From the NCBI GenBank assembly GCA_964187785.1, contig OZ076409.1, forward strand, positions 77,998,001 through 78,062,000: 64,000 nt of DNA, read 5' to 3'. Below the pieces are notes generated by a model, which saw only the letters and a list, made by a program, of their open reading frames with translations, searched no databases and was not told the origin of the DNA. Below are positions 34,533 through 47,074 of the stretch, in pieces. Made by a program: the position numbers and the translations under genes. Source of the DNA: Amphiscolops sp. MND2022. Its lineage: Eukaryota. Positions within the stretch are counted from its first letter, which is position 1; the number at the start of each line of letters is the position of its first letter.

Positions 34533-35153
34533 TTAGTCGGCGCTTCATGAAGTGAAACGCGACTATTATAGTGACTTTTTTTTCTATCCACACGAACTGA
34601 CCAAAATAGTTCTTAAAAGTTCTACAAAATATTATGGTGTCAAATTGCACCATTTGGCCTAGCGAACTGGACCAAAATGGTTTTACCTGTTTTTCCGCGT
34701 AACATACCATACCGGGCGAGACCAAAGAGTCCCCCTTTCAATTTTTTCGGATTTTTTTTTTCGAAATTTTTTTCCTCAAAGGGTCCCCCCTGCATTTTTT
34801 TGATGTTTTGCGACAGAATGGATGTTGGAAAATCCCAAAGGGTTCCTCCTTTCAGTTTTTTCGGCATTGTGAGATTTTTCCCGAAAATAAAAAAAAATTT
34901 TCTTCAATTTTTTCATGTTTTGCGACAGAATGGATGTTGAAAAACCTCAAAGGGTCCCCCCTTTCAGTTTTTCGGCATTGTGAGACGTTAGCGCGCCAGT
35001 CGGTCTATTTTTTTAGTATGTAATTTTTTCAAAAAAAAAATTTGGAAAAATTTCCGATTTTCGACTGCTGTAAAAGAATACTTGACACTTGGAAGTCTTT
35101 TTGCTATTTTTGAGCCTTGGATATGGCGCCGACTTGGGCCGGTCCCGGCTTGT
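34533..35153 (+). mobile_element. Abundant non-autonomous repeat, Helentron/HINE (DINE-1)-like
   Basis: Subterminal inverted AGTCGGCGC / GCGCCGACT, short 3' GC stem-loop, T-rich flanks; close copy at 50669-51338; relatives near 36250-37620, 47270-47642, 56214-56873(-), 57000-57433, 58281-59032(-), 59383-59740, 61800-62106(-). Confidence 0.6.
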
Positions 35154-38100
35154 AGCACTTTCTTTTGAGTTTCGTATTTTTTACTGCAAAACAAAGATGG
35201 AGGAGGTTTTTTATTAAGTCAACTTCTGAAGTGCCTCTGCTACGGACAGGTGTTCACTTTATGCGTAGTTTTCGTTTGATGTTGCATTAATCGCACAGGA
35301 AACAGCTTTATGTCGATTTAGCAGCCATAATTGATATAAAAAACTTTGGAATTAAAAAGTTGGATGTTCGAAATTGTCCCGGGTGAATATCCTTGAATAT
35401 GTCTCAGACTGTTATAAATTACGGATGTAACGTATGATCTTTTTGAGACATGAAAATACATTTGCTTTTGCGACGTTCTTATTGCTTGTTTAATAGTTAG
35501 TCAAAGAATTTTTCTGAGGGTCAGCTTGATTTTTTTCGGGTTTTTCTTTTTTTGGTGGAATTCTTCCACGTCTTTTGATCAATGAGCTAGCGTTGTTTGA
35601 AAGTTGAGATGTATTTTGGGAAAATCATGGATTTTCGCTCAGTTACCGTTACGTAGCCAAAGTTTGGTTTTGATGTTTCATCAACAAAGTGTGATTAAAT
35701 TTTCTTCGTACGAAATGAATTGAGCATACACGAAGCAGTTGTACAAATACCACATAAGTTGGCAGTCAGCTGCTGACCCTTCTTTGTTTGCACCCTGATT
35801 CAAACAGACCTGAAATATTGAAAATTGGGACTGATAGTTTGGCAGTAAATAAATTTCGACGTATTTTGTTTTGAGCTAATGAAAACAGCCTCTAAAATAT
35901 AGAAAAACTAGCTAGAAAAACTAAGTTGTTTCAAGTTTTTGCTCCAATTCAAAAAACGCCTGCTCATTTAATTTTCAGCAAGACAACTGCAATAATCACT
36001 AACTACTCGGCATGGGTGTTCAATGAATAATTGTTGAAAAAATAATGCCAATAAATACTGACGAATACAGTAATTACACTTGCGATAAATTACACGCTTT
36101 TTTCCGCGCGACAACTCTCGTTTCAGCCCGCAAGTCGCACAGTTCACACGTTCGTTGTCTAGTGGTAAGATGTTTGCTTTTCAACCCAGAGGTTTCGTGT
36201 TCAAACCGTGCGTATGCGCTAATATTTTTACAAGTATTCGGAAGCACAATTTTCGCACTTTTTTCGACAGTATGAGACTCCACCCCCTTTTTTCGGCTTT
36301 GTAGGACTTTTTTGAAAATTTTTAATGTCCCCAAAGTGTCCTCCTTTCAATTTGTTTGATATTTTCCAGCAACGAATGTTAGAGAATCCCAAAGGGTCTT
36401 TTTTCAGATTTTTCGGCACTATGAGACTGTTAAAATTTCTCATTTTTTGTTTTTTTTTCGTATATTTTTCGAAAGACTCCAATGGGTTCCCCTTCAACTT
36501 TTTTGAAATTTTGCAACAGAATGGTTGTTAAAAAATCTCAAAGGGCCCCCTTTTACAGTTTTCGGCATTGTGAATTTCAAAATGAATAATTTTTGTCTTA
36601 AAATTAGGTTTTCTGAGGCCCAGCACGCTATATCCGTTTGGACAAATTGAATTTTGTTTTTTTTTAAAGACCGGCGTTTTTTCTATGCTACTTTTTTAAT
36701 ATTTCTGCTTTAGCAGGAATGTTATTGAAATCTGGAAACGTGTACTTTTTTCCAGAACAATTTTTCGGACGATCTGAATAATTCAGATATTTTGTTCGGC
36801 AGTGAGTGTAAGCGAGAGAGCTGCCGAAGACAATTCAATTCCAGTGCGATGGAACGAGCGAGTGGTAATTATCCATTCGTATGCTGACGTCATTGAGATG
36901 AAGCGAGCGAATGTTCGTAATTGTGCTTTCGTTGCCCCGAGTTATTGAGATGAAGCGAATGAGTGTTAATTATTCGTTCGTTGAGAGCTTCGTCTGCATT
37001 CAAATGCGAATGCGAAACTTCGTCTACGCTTAGTAGTTATATTTTCTTTAGTCCGAGAAGAATTAAAGGCGGTGTAAACTTGTACAGTGATTAATTGTGC
37101 TCTAAGTAATGATTAAACAGGAGTGTATTGGTATTCCAGATATGATTCTTTCATTAATGAATTAATATTAATGATTAAAGCATAAATAGTACTGAGCCCC
37201 GGAGGGGCCTATTTTTCTAATTTGTTTTCATCGAAGCCCCCCTCAATTTTACTTAAAATGAAACGTTTTGTGAGCATAAAGGACTGCTCAAGGTTTTCGG
37301 CACTATGCGACTTACTGGAGACCTTCAAGAAATTTTTCGAAAAATTTCGATTTTTTTCCTTATTTTTCTCTTTTTTTTTTAATTGTTTCCGGTTGAGAGA
37401 TGGGTTTTTTGCTGTTTCCAGTTGGGGAAGAATGGCTTTCGAGATTTATGCGTATCCCTTCGGGTATTTTTTGGCGCTGTAAAATTGATGAAATTTTAAC
37501 TAATTTTACACTTGGTTCTCCGTATAATTTTGCTTATTTGGTTTTCTTCAAAAGTTCGCAACCTTCTTCTGCGCTAGTGTTTGCGAAGCACGGCTTCGCC
37601 TCTGTGTTTATTGTTGGCTTCGAGCAATAATTATTTTCGATGACAAATAAAAATCGCAAAATACGCTTGATTCGAAGTTTGGAATTCGAACTCGAAAATT
37701 TCAATTTTTCGTGGTTACGTGCAACCTCGAATACAACAGAGATAATTTAGCGTCGCGTGTTTTGTATATACAAACTATAGAAAATCGCCCTGAAAACCTC
37801 GAATCGCAATTGTTTTTGCAATACAATAAAGGTTGATGGGATTTGAAAGTTATTGCTGATATTGTATGTGGATTCAGTGTTTTGACATTATTATTACTGT
37901 CAAGTGTCAACTATGTAGTGTAACTGCATTACGTGGTGGTTTGTGTTAGAAAAAGTTGTATCAAAAATTTAGCTATTGCCTTTAATACAGAAATCAGTTT
38001 AAATTTCAAGTTCATGCCTTCGTCATACGTTTGCCAGTTGAACTTAAGGAACAAATCGATTGCTGCTTGTATTTATAATGCGATTCAGGCCAAGAGGTCA

Positions 38101-38514
38101 AATGTGAGTGGTGTCCTATTTTTGTTTTATTTCACTCGTACTTTGAATTGTGCATACCCCACAATTCAAACCAAGATTGGAACCCCTGTACGTTTTCAAT
38201 TTTTAGAACAGAACAAGCCCCTCCTATGAGGTCAGTAGATACGAGCGTTTATCATCCCAGCCGGTTGACGCCGTCCCAATTGAAGCACTTCTAAGTCGAA
38301 ACATGACCGGTTGAATTTGACCATTGTTTGAATATTACCACTGGTTTTCAAGTGTTTCTTTGAATTGAACTGGTCTAATCAGTAAAGGTATTGGGTTGAA
38401 GTTGGTCAAACGAAAGAGTATAATATAATTAAATGCCGGCAACATAAATTTTACTATATTTAAGTCCAGTCTGATAACTATCAAGTTTTATGAAATTGGA
38501 TCAATAAACTATGC

Positions 38515-39002
38515 TGTTGACAACCAATGTTTGTCAACAATCGAAAGCGGTCAAATATAATACGTCTGCGGTGTACTGAATTGTGTACACGTCAAAACAC
38601 TTCAATGTCATGCCGCCATGGCCTAGCGGTATGGTCGGTGCCTGTCAACCATACCGAAGCGGTTCGATCCCCGCGTGGGGCTCATTTCGGATGAACTAGT
38701 TTTTCGTTTTTGCGTTCCGTTTATTACGTAATATTTTCCTTTGTCCTCTGAAAGTATATCATCCAATTAATTAACGTATTTGTTAACATTACATAACAGT
38801 CTGCAGTTCCCTTAATTTCACATGTACTATTTGCCGATAACACCGTTCTAAAGCAAGTTGCATATAATTCGTCTTGTGTATTGTTACGTTATTGTGTCTT
38901 CGGACATAATTGTTTGCCGAAATATCCTGAATCAGAATTCAGACTTAGTTTTTAAAAGCCTTTTACTTACCCGGTTCGATTGAGACAGACGAAGTTGAGA
39001 CA
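38515..39002 (+). repeat. 5' LTR (488 bp)
   Basis: TGTTGACAAC...GTTGAGACA, repeated at 46776. Confidence 0.95.
38612..38682 (+). ncRNA. tRNA-like (Asp-GTC-like) sequence inside the LTR; second copy 46873-46943
   Basis: A box TGGCCTAGCGG, loop CTGTCAA, B box GGTTCGATCCC; imperfect cloverleaf. Confidence 0.65.
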
Positions 39003-39006
39003 TTTT

Positions 39007-39024
39007 TGGTGCCGCGACCCGGGA
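39007..39024 (+). promoter_or_regulatory. Primer-binding site, most similar to tRNA-His complement
   Basis: TGGTGCCGCGACCCGGGA four bases after the 5' LTR. Confidence 0.75.
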
Positions 39025-39397
39025 ATTCGTGTTTATCCAACTTTCTGGCTTCTCCTGTGGTTGATGTGGAACATCGTCTGGCCGTCATCGATGTGGAGCT
39101 TCAACCCCGACGCCCTTCTCCGAAATTGAAGCAACTCACTTCAACCCTTTCACTCCGAAAGTCACTTCTTTGCAGATAAGTCCAAACCGAATTCAGGAAA
39201 GTTTGAAAAACTTGTGAAAAACTTCAATAATGACATTCAAAATAGAAAACTCATGAACTCACTCGGTGCTTAAATTGTTCAAACTCTGTATAGTTAGTGT
39301 AATGTAAATCAGCGTCAGAGGACAAAAGAACTTAGGTCGGTCCGGTAGGTTTTCCTTTAAACTTCACTTTTTGCTTCATTCCCCTCCGGAAAAATTT

Positions 39398-39994
39398 ATG
39401 GTTTTCATACTAGGAGCCAGTTCACTCCATCACGCGTTGGGAAGTTTGTCGAAAAAGGCTCAAAAGCGTCTTGCTTCCCGAGTGTTTACTATTCCCGGAC
39501 TTAGCTGCAATCCTAACGCAGTAAACAAGAGAAAAACAGTTCAGTATTTACTCAAAAACTGTTTTAAAAGCAAACGTGACCTTATTGTTTGGCACGACGT
39601 AGTCAACAATTCTTTGAGTGAACACCGTAGCAACGGAAATAATCCCTTAACCGCGCAGCAATTACAAAACGTCCTCACTACGTTCCGCGATCGAATAAAA
39701 GCTGTAGTTTACTGTAAAAGACAAGGTGTGCCTGATATTTTTGAAAACTTAAAGAACACAGTTTTTACAGTTCACATTTTGAAAGACTTGATTTCCAAAA
39801 GAAAAGCTCGCGACAGGAAGCTTTTGAAACAATACTCGTTGCTTCATCAACTCCATGAACTAGAGTTGAAGTCCCTGACTTTGATCTTAAAATACAGTGG
39901 AAAACTTCCTGCTCTTGTACGAAAAAGCCGTCCCAAAAAACTTAATAAACGCCGGCGTCGAGCTAAGCGGAATCGATTGTTAGTTACGGAGTAA
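39398..39994 (+). CDS. Extra ORF upstream of gag, SGNH/GDSL-fold-like with basic C-tail
   Basis: VFILGASS, TIPG, IVWHDVVNNSL and LLHQ resemble SGNH blocks I, II, III and V. Confidence 0.55.
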   Translation: MVFILGASSLHHALGSLSKKAQKRLASRVFTIPGLSCNPNAVNKRKTVQYLLKNCFKSKRDLIVWHDVVNNSLSEHRSNGNNPLTAQQLQNVLTTFRDRIKAVVYCKRQGVPDIFENLKNTVFTVHILKDLISKRKARDRKLLKQYSLLHQLHELELKSLTLILKYSGKLPALVRKSRPKKLNKRRRRAKRNRLLVTE

Positions 39995-40449
39995 ATTTTG
40001 TTTGGTGTTCCTCTGTGTCTGAGGTTAACTCCTTAGTTATGGAGGGGTACTGAGCATTTTTTTCTCTTTCTGAAGATTTTTTGTCGATCTCGTTTGTTTT
40101 TTAAGCCCCCGTTTCCGCTAAATTTTTCTCCCGTTTTCTTAAATTATCTTTGGCTATACTTTGTGCTGGCCCGTGACCTGGGTTCACTCCTGGGTTATAG
40201 GTCGGGTACATCTGTGTGCCTGAGATTCTTTGTACTCTCTAGACTATTCCCCTTTCCGCACTTATAAAATTGACATTGCAAATCCTTGCTATTGAATCCC
40301 CGCCAATAACTCTACCGCTTCTGGTGTTTGTCGGTGACCTAACTTAATTGTCGGGTTATAGACAAATCACAATAAAAGCTCCTTCCTTGCTTTGAGTTTC
40401 TCCCGTAGTTTACCGTGCGATCAACCATTTACGTTGATCAAATAATTCA

Positions 40450-43400
40450 GTGATGTCAGCCGACCCCCTTGAGAAGGTGTCAAAGCTTTTTGAGGCGAGA
40501 TCGAAATTAGAAGGACAATTGAAAAAGGCCCAACTTGACATAGAAGAAGCTATCTGGAAACGCGATCGAAAAGTTAGAGTGGAAAAAGCAGTTGCCACTT
40601 GTCATGAATGCTTCGATGCAGCAATCGCGAAAAACGATGAATTGTTACAATTAGCGAAAAAGACTGAGGAGAAAGAAAAGTTAACGAATGAACTTGTAGA
40701 CTGGGTGGACACTGTCACTAGACATAACCACATATACTTGGAAGATGCTCGAAAGTACTTAGACAGCCCAGAAGACCCTACTAGTACCGCGAAGGCTAGA
40801 GAGCAACTTAGTACCAAGTCAAATAGTACCAGTAAAATGGATTCATCTACATCCAAAACATCCAGCCAACGCAAGAAAGACCTAGCGCTTGCTAAGATGC
40901 GACGTGAGGAAGCCGAGAGACAATGTGAGGCAGCTCTGCGCCTACAGCAAGTCAAAAATCAGCTGGCTCTAGAGGAAATAGAAGAAAGTAACAGGCAAAA
41001 AGTTGCTGAAGCCAGGATGTGTGAGGTTGAAATGGAAATAGAAGCTGAGAGCACCCAACCCAGTGAAGTAGCTAGTAATCGTGACTTTGATGTGGCTCCC
41101 GAGGAAGGCCGCACTGAAGAGTGGGTAAACAATACTTCACAATCTGTACATGAACCCACTGCTCAGAACATCGGGGATGAAAATGATACTCAAGTAACTG
41201 GCGATGGAACTGTGGTTACCCAAATAGAACGTCAACCCACATCTGAGGTTGTAACTGACTATGAGTCAGTGTTGTCGTCAGCTCCCCGTGATCAACAATA
41301 TCCGGTTTCATCTCGTCTGTCAGTACACTCTGCACCGACCGGTGCGCAGTTGTCGAATGATCCTGCAAAAGAATTAGAAGTTTCAGGAACCATTCTTCCT
41401 GGGCGAAGTCTGCTGCAGGACACTGGTAGCCTCAATGTGGGCTTTCCACCCGGAATCACTGGTACGATAATTGCACCTCCTGTTTCTTCAGCTGCACGAG
41501 TTATACCAGCTCCTTCTCAGCCAGCAAGCAGACATATTGTTCCGAACTTGTCTTCTTGGACTTTTTCTAAACCTCAACCACCAACGTTGCAAGTTTTTTC
41601 GACAATGCCAAATAATGCTAAGAGCGTCTCAGCACATGGCGCTGGTGCAGTTCCATATACAAGTGGTGGAACAGTGTACTATCTACCCCGGGTACCGAAT
41701 CCAACCGTTGTACAAGCTAGTGCTCCGTTCCCTCCCAGCACGAATGCCCATCCATCTACCTCAGTCGCTGCTGCTATCCCAGCGTCCAGTCAATTACCCG
41801 GTAATAATCCTGTAACACTTAAGGATTTGGCAGAGCTTTTAACCATCAGTCGAAAAGATCCACTTCCGGAGTGGAAACTCGAGTCCTATGATGGAAATCC
41901 TTTGCAGTGGCATGAGTGGTTCGGTCAATTCCGATCAGCCGTTGACTCCGCTCCACTCAGTCCCGATGTGAAGTTAACATACTTGAAAACGCTGGTTACA
42001 GGTAAAGCTAAATTAGCCATTGCCAACTTTGCCTACTGTGGGAGCATGTACCCGCAAGCACTAAAAACTTTGGAGCGAAAATTCGGCCAACCGCAGGCCG
42101 TAGTTGGAGCACATTTGGATAAATTGTCTAACTACCCTGCTGTGAAAATGCACAGCTCAGAAAGCATAGTCAGCTACGCTTCTGTCATAACGAGTCTTGT
42201 GAGTGTTTTCCAATCCCTTTGTTACGATTCTGATCTGAGAAGCGCATCCTTATTGAATCAAGCTGTGTCCAAGTTACCTCCTAACTTGAAAGAAGGATGG
42301 TCGCTCCATACTGTTAAAAGGGATCTTCTCCGGCCGACATTGCTAGATTTCGATACGTGGCTCCAGGAAAAAGCTGAGGCTCATGAGAGAATGCGAGCTA
42401 TTTCGAAAAAAGCATCTATTGAAGAGTCTCCCCCCGTCAGCTTGAAAAAAGCTACTTCGAAAGTTTTTGCCTCCAACACTGCGCATCAGAAGAGTACTAA
42501 GGTGGGAGTTGCATCAGAAACAAAGAAAGCTTTCCCTCCTTGTGTTGTCTGTAAAGGAAATCATGGCCTCTGGAAATGCACAGTTTTTAAAGAGAAGACG
42601 CCGACTCAGCGAGCAAAAGTGCTGGCGGAGAACCAACTATGTTTTTCCTGCTTTAATGCTAACCACGGATTCCGCAACTGTCCGAATCCTAGAAAGTCCG
42701 CTAAAGACGGTTGCAATAGCAGCCATAATACTTTATTGCATGGCGCAGACCGCGTGTTCCCCAGCAAACAGCGCAACACGCTGCCAGTGTGCTCTGATTC
42801 TAGCGCCAATGTTACCAACGCTGTTCCGGAGCTTACGAAAGCCGAAAAATCCGCAAGTTTCTCAGCCGTAACCAATGTAAAAGGACTGTTGCCAATTCTG
42901 AGGGTGAAGTTAACTTCAGCTAAAGGTTCAGAAACCCCTCTGGCTCTTTGTGATACCGCTTGCAGTCATTCTTGGATGACGCGGAATCTTGCAGATAAAT
43001 TAAAAGTTCGAGGTCATCCGATCACAGTTACAGTCAACGGAATTAATTCACAAGAGACAGTTAACAGTGAAACAGTCGACTTGGAATTGTCCAGTTTATC
43101 TGGCGAAGACAACGAAGTCTATCACTTAACGCCCTATGTGAAGCAAAGTATCAATGTTGGACATGATTTCATTGATATACCTGCCCTTCAAAAAGAGTAT
43201 CCACATCTTGCACCATTGAATTCTGAAGCATACAATTACGCCGATGTAGAGTTGGTTCTTGGTCAGGACGCTTTTGCAGCCATCCATCCGTTAGAGTACT
43301 TCGAAACCGATTCGAAGAACTCACCGATAGCCGTTCGTCTTCCGTTAGGATGGGTTGTAAGCGGGCCTCTTCCTTCGACCACTTGTATGATTTCGACATG

Positions 43401-46400
43401 TTTTAAAGCTAATGTGGAAACCGGAAACTTGACTGAGCAAGTACGTGCTTGGTACGATCTTGAATCTTTTGGAGCTTTCAAGCAAGTGGACCCGCGTTCA
43501 TCTTCAGATGAGCGAGCTTCAAAAATTCTAGAAGAAACAACATTTCACGATGGCGAACGCTATCAAGTTGGGATGTTGTGGGCAACCGACGAGCCGCTTC
43601 CCGACAATTATTTTGCTGCTTTGGTTCAATTAAAATCTCTCGAGAAACGTCTTGAGAAAGACCCAGAGCTGAAAGCAAGATACCAAAAAACCATAGACGA
43701 TGACCTTGCCCATGGTTAAATCGTTGAAGTACCTGCTTATGATGCTACAAATCGTTCCAGCCGTGAGTGGTACCTACCCCGCCATCCGGTAGTGAATCCA
43801 CACAAGCCCGAAAAAGTACGAAGAGTTTTGAACGGAGCTGCTAAGTGCCACAAACAGTCGCTGAACAGCGCTCTGTTGACTGGCCCAGACTTATTACAAA
43901 ATCTTTCGCACGTTCTCATTCGTTTCCGTGAATTTCGCTTCGCAGTATCTGCAGACATCGAAGCGATGTTTTTGCAAGTGGGAGTCTTGCCTTCCGATCA
44001 ACCGTCACTTCGATTTTTGTGGCGGGAAGCCCCCACCAATAAAATTGTTGTGTTTCAATACACGCGACACATTTTCGGGTCTAAAGACTCTCCGACGTGT
44101 GCTAATTACGCATTACGCCGTACAGCTACCGACAACGAATCTACATACCCCGACGCAGCTCTTGCTGTCAAAGAAAAGTTCTACATGGACGATTATCTTG
44201 ACTCGATGGAAACCTCAGAGGAGGTCTTGACACGATCACAAGCTCTGATAGAATTGTTGAACAAGGGAGGATTCAAGCTGACAAAGTTTGTTAGCAACAT
44301 CCAAAAAATCGCCGGCAAACTGAATGAAAACACTGAATCATGTCAAATACAAGACGAAGCAAAACGGTTCTCTGACACCCTTGGCAATTCCTCACATGTT
44401 CTTGGTTTGAAGTGGAACCATGCCACTGATACTCTGATTGTAAGTCGAGGAACAGATCGTACTGTTCAGACTCCGCTAACCCAGAGATCTGTGCTCAGTT
44501 TGGTTGCTTCGGTTTTTGACCCCATTGGTCTAGTAGCACCATTCACTGTGAAAGCACGCCTCATCCTGAAAGAAATCTGGCGTTTATCCGGCCAAGAGTG
44601 GGATAACGAACTTCCCAATGAGATAGCTGAAAGAATCACTGAATGGACTTTGGACCTGCCGAGACTTTTAAATATAACAATTCCTCGAAGCTTCTTTCCC
44701 ACGACCGTTGATAAAATAGAACTCCATGTTTTCGGAGATAGCTCACAAGAAGCTTTCAGTGCAGTAGCTTTTCTTCGTGGACATTCGTTAGAGTTGTCTG
44801 GAAATACAACTCATTTAGCATTCGTTATTGGGAAAGCACGGGTTGCGCCCATGAAAACATTGACAGTACCGAAGCTGGAATTGCAAGCCGCGTTATTAGC
44901 TGCCCGCCTTTCGAATGAAGTGCACCAAGCACTAACTCGACCTCTTGAAAAGACTTACTTATGGACCGACAGCACAACGGTGCTGCAGTGGTTGAACTCT
45001 TTGGAGAAACAACCGATTTTCATTGCCAATCGTGTGAGTGAAATACTTGATCTCACAACTGTGGATCAGTGGAATTACATAGGTACAACCGACAATCCAG
45101 CTGATGCCGGTACCAGAGGACTTTCTGCTGAGGCACTGAAAGTTAGTAGTTGGTTCACTGGACCAGAATTTCTTCGAACACCCGACTTCCCGTTTCAAGT
45201 GGATGACACAGTCTTGCAAAGCATCAAGAAGAAAAACGTTGAGCAGCAATTGTTCGTGTCAATCACGTCGAATCAGCAGCAAACACAGGTTGTGTTTGAT
45301 TGGACAAAATACAGCAGCTTCTCGAAAATAGTCCGCATAACAGCTTACATTCTGCGTCTTTTACCAAGGAATCGTCACTTCCGCTCTGGCGACCTGAAAA
45401 TCACCGACTCAATTGAAATAACTTTCGCCGAAGAGAAAGTGCTTCTCCTCTCGCAGAGAGAATCATTCAGAGATGAACTCAAATGTTTGTTTAAAGAGAA
45501 GTCGATCGCTAACACCAGCCGTATCCGATCGTTCTCACCTTTCGTCGGACCCAGAGGTTTGCTGATGTCCACAGGACGCACTAAACGGCTCGATGCGATT
45601 GAGTTCGACACGAAGCATCCAATAATTTTAGATGGTTTACATCCAGTCGTACCTTTGATGCTTGAGAATTTACACAAATGTCATCATCAACAAGGACTTG
45701 ACTTTATGAGGTCTCAAGTGCAACAACGTTTCGCTGTCCTGAGATTACGTCAAATGCTCCGCAAAGTTGAAACAGAATGTCTTGTCTGTAGAAAGCGCAA
45801 AGCACAAACCTTAACTCCAATGATGGCTGATTCGCCTAAAGAGAGGTTAGCATTTCAGTCTCCACCTTTCACCATGACCGGCGTCGACTACTTCGGTCCC
45901 TTTTTTGTCAAAGTTCGACGTTCATCTGAAAAACGATGGGCTTTCTTGTTGACATGCTTGACCACACGCGCTGTACATCTGGAAATTGTCTCCTCCTTGG
46001 ATACTAGCGCTTGTGTGATGGGCATTGAGAGATTCATTGCACGTCGTGGAACGCCATCACTGATATGGTCAGATAACGGCACTAATTTTGTGGGTGCGGA
46101 GAAAGAGCTTCGTACTTGTATTCAATGTTGGAATCAACAAGCTCCTTCGATAATGTTTCATAAAAAGCTGACATGGAAGTTCAATCCTCCTGGAAGTCCG
46201 CATCAGGGAGGGTCTTGGGAACGGCTTGTTAGGAGCTGTAAGCGTGTGTTTTACGCAATCTTAGGCAATCGGAAGTTAACCGAAGACGTCCTTTTGACTA
46301 CCTTCTGTCTAGTGGAACAAACACTTAACGCCCGACCCTTGACACCTGTTAGTTCTGACCCCAATGAATTCGACGCGCTGTGCCCGAACCATTTCCTGCT

Positions 46401-46821
46401 TGGCAGACCCAGTTCAAGCCTACCGTCAATAAACCCAGCTGTCAATGATTTTGACCATCGGAAACGCTTCGCTCGCGCTCAAGCTTATGCAAACGCCATC
46501 TGGTCTCGTTGGATCAAGGAATACGTTCCACTACTGAACCAACGTGGGAAGTGGCATTCAGACTCCGACCGACACCTGAAAGCTGGCGACTTAGTTTGGA
46601 TCATTGATCCTACCGCTCCGCGCGGCTTTTACCCAACGGCAAGAGTTGAGTCACTCAACTACGGTTCTGACGGTATCGCCCGGTCAGCTAACTTACGAAC
46701 AAAACATAGCCTTTATACCAGACCCTTAGTCAAAATCGTCCCCCTTTTTGAGCCGTCTTCTTCGGGGGCGGAGGATGTTGACAACCAATGTTTGTCAACA
46801 ATCGAAAGCGGTCAAATATAA
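40450..46821 (+). pseudogene. BEL/Pao gag-pol polyprotein with one in-frame TAA (43717-43719)
   Basis: Gag YDGNPLQW, Cys/His knuckles, protease LCDTAC, RT ADIEAMF/YMDD, RNaseH FGDSS..ELQAA..WTDS, integrase GVDYFGP/SDNGTNF/WERLV; both ORF pieces in the same frame. Confidence 0.93.
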
Positions 46822-47074
46822 TACGTCTGCGGTGTACTGAATTGTGTACACGTCAAAACACTTCAATGTCATGCCGCCATGGCCTAGCGGTATGGTCGGT
46901 GCCTGTCAACCATACCGAAGCGGTTCGATCCCCGCGTGGGGCTCATTTCGGATGAACTAGTTTTTCGTTTTTGCGTTCCGTTTATTACGTAATATTTTCC
47001 TTTTCAGAATTCAGACTTAGTTTTTAAAAGCCTTTTACTTACCCGGTTCGATTGAGACAGACGAAGTTGAGACA
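46776..47074 (+). repeat. 3' LTR (299 bp, ~190-bp internal deletion relative to 5' LTR)
   Basis: Near-identical to the 5' LTR apart from missing ~38743-38931. Confidence 0.95.

Larger units (their letters stand above)
38515..47074 (+). mobile_element. Full-length BEL/Pao LTR retrotransposon
   Basis: TG..CA LTRs 38515-39002 and 46776-47074; TSD TATGC (38510-38514, 47075-47079); PBS 39007; PPT 46764-46775; gag-PR-RT-RNaseH-IN order. Confidence 0.97.

Noticed and set aside
34522..37630. Phe/Lys-rich short ORFs
   Set aside because: Derived from A/T-run-rich non-autonomous repeats
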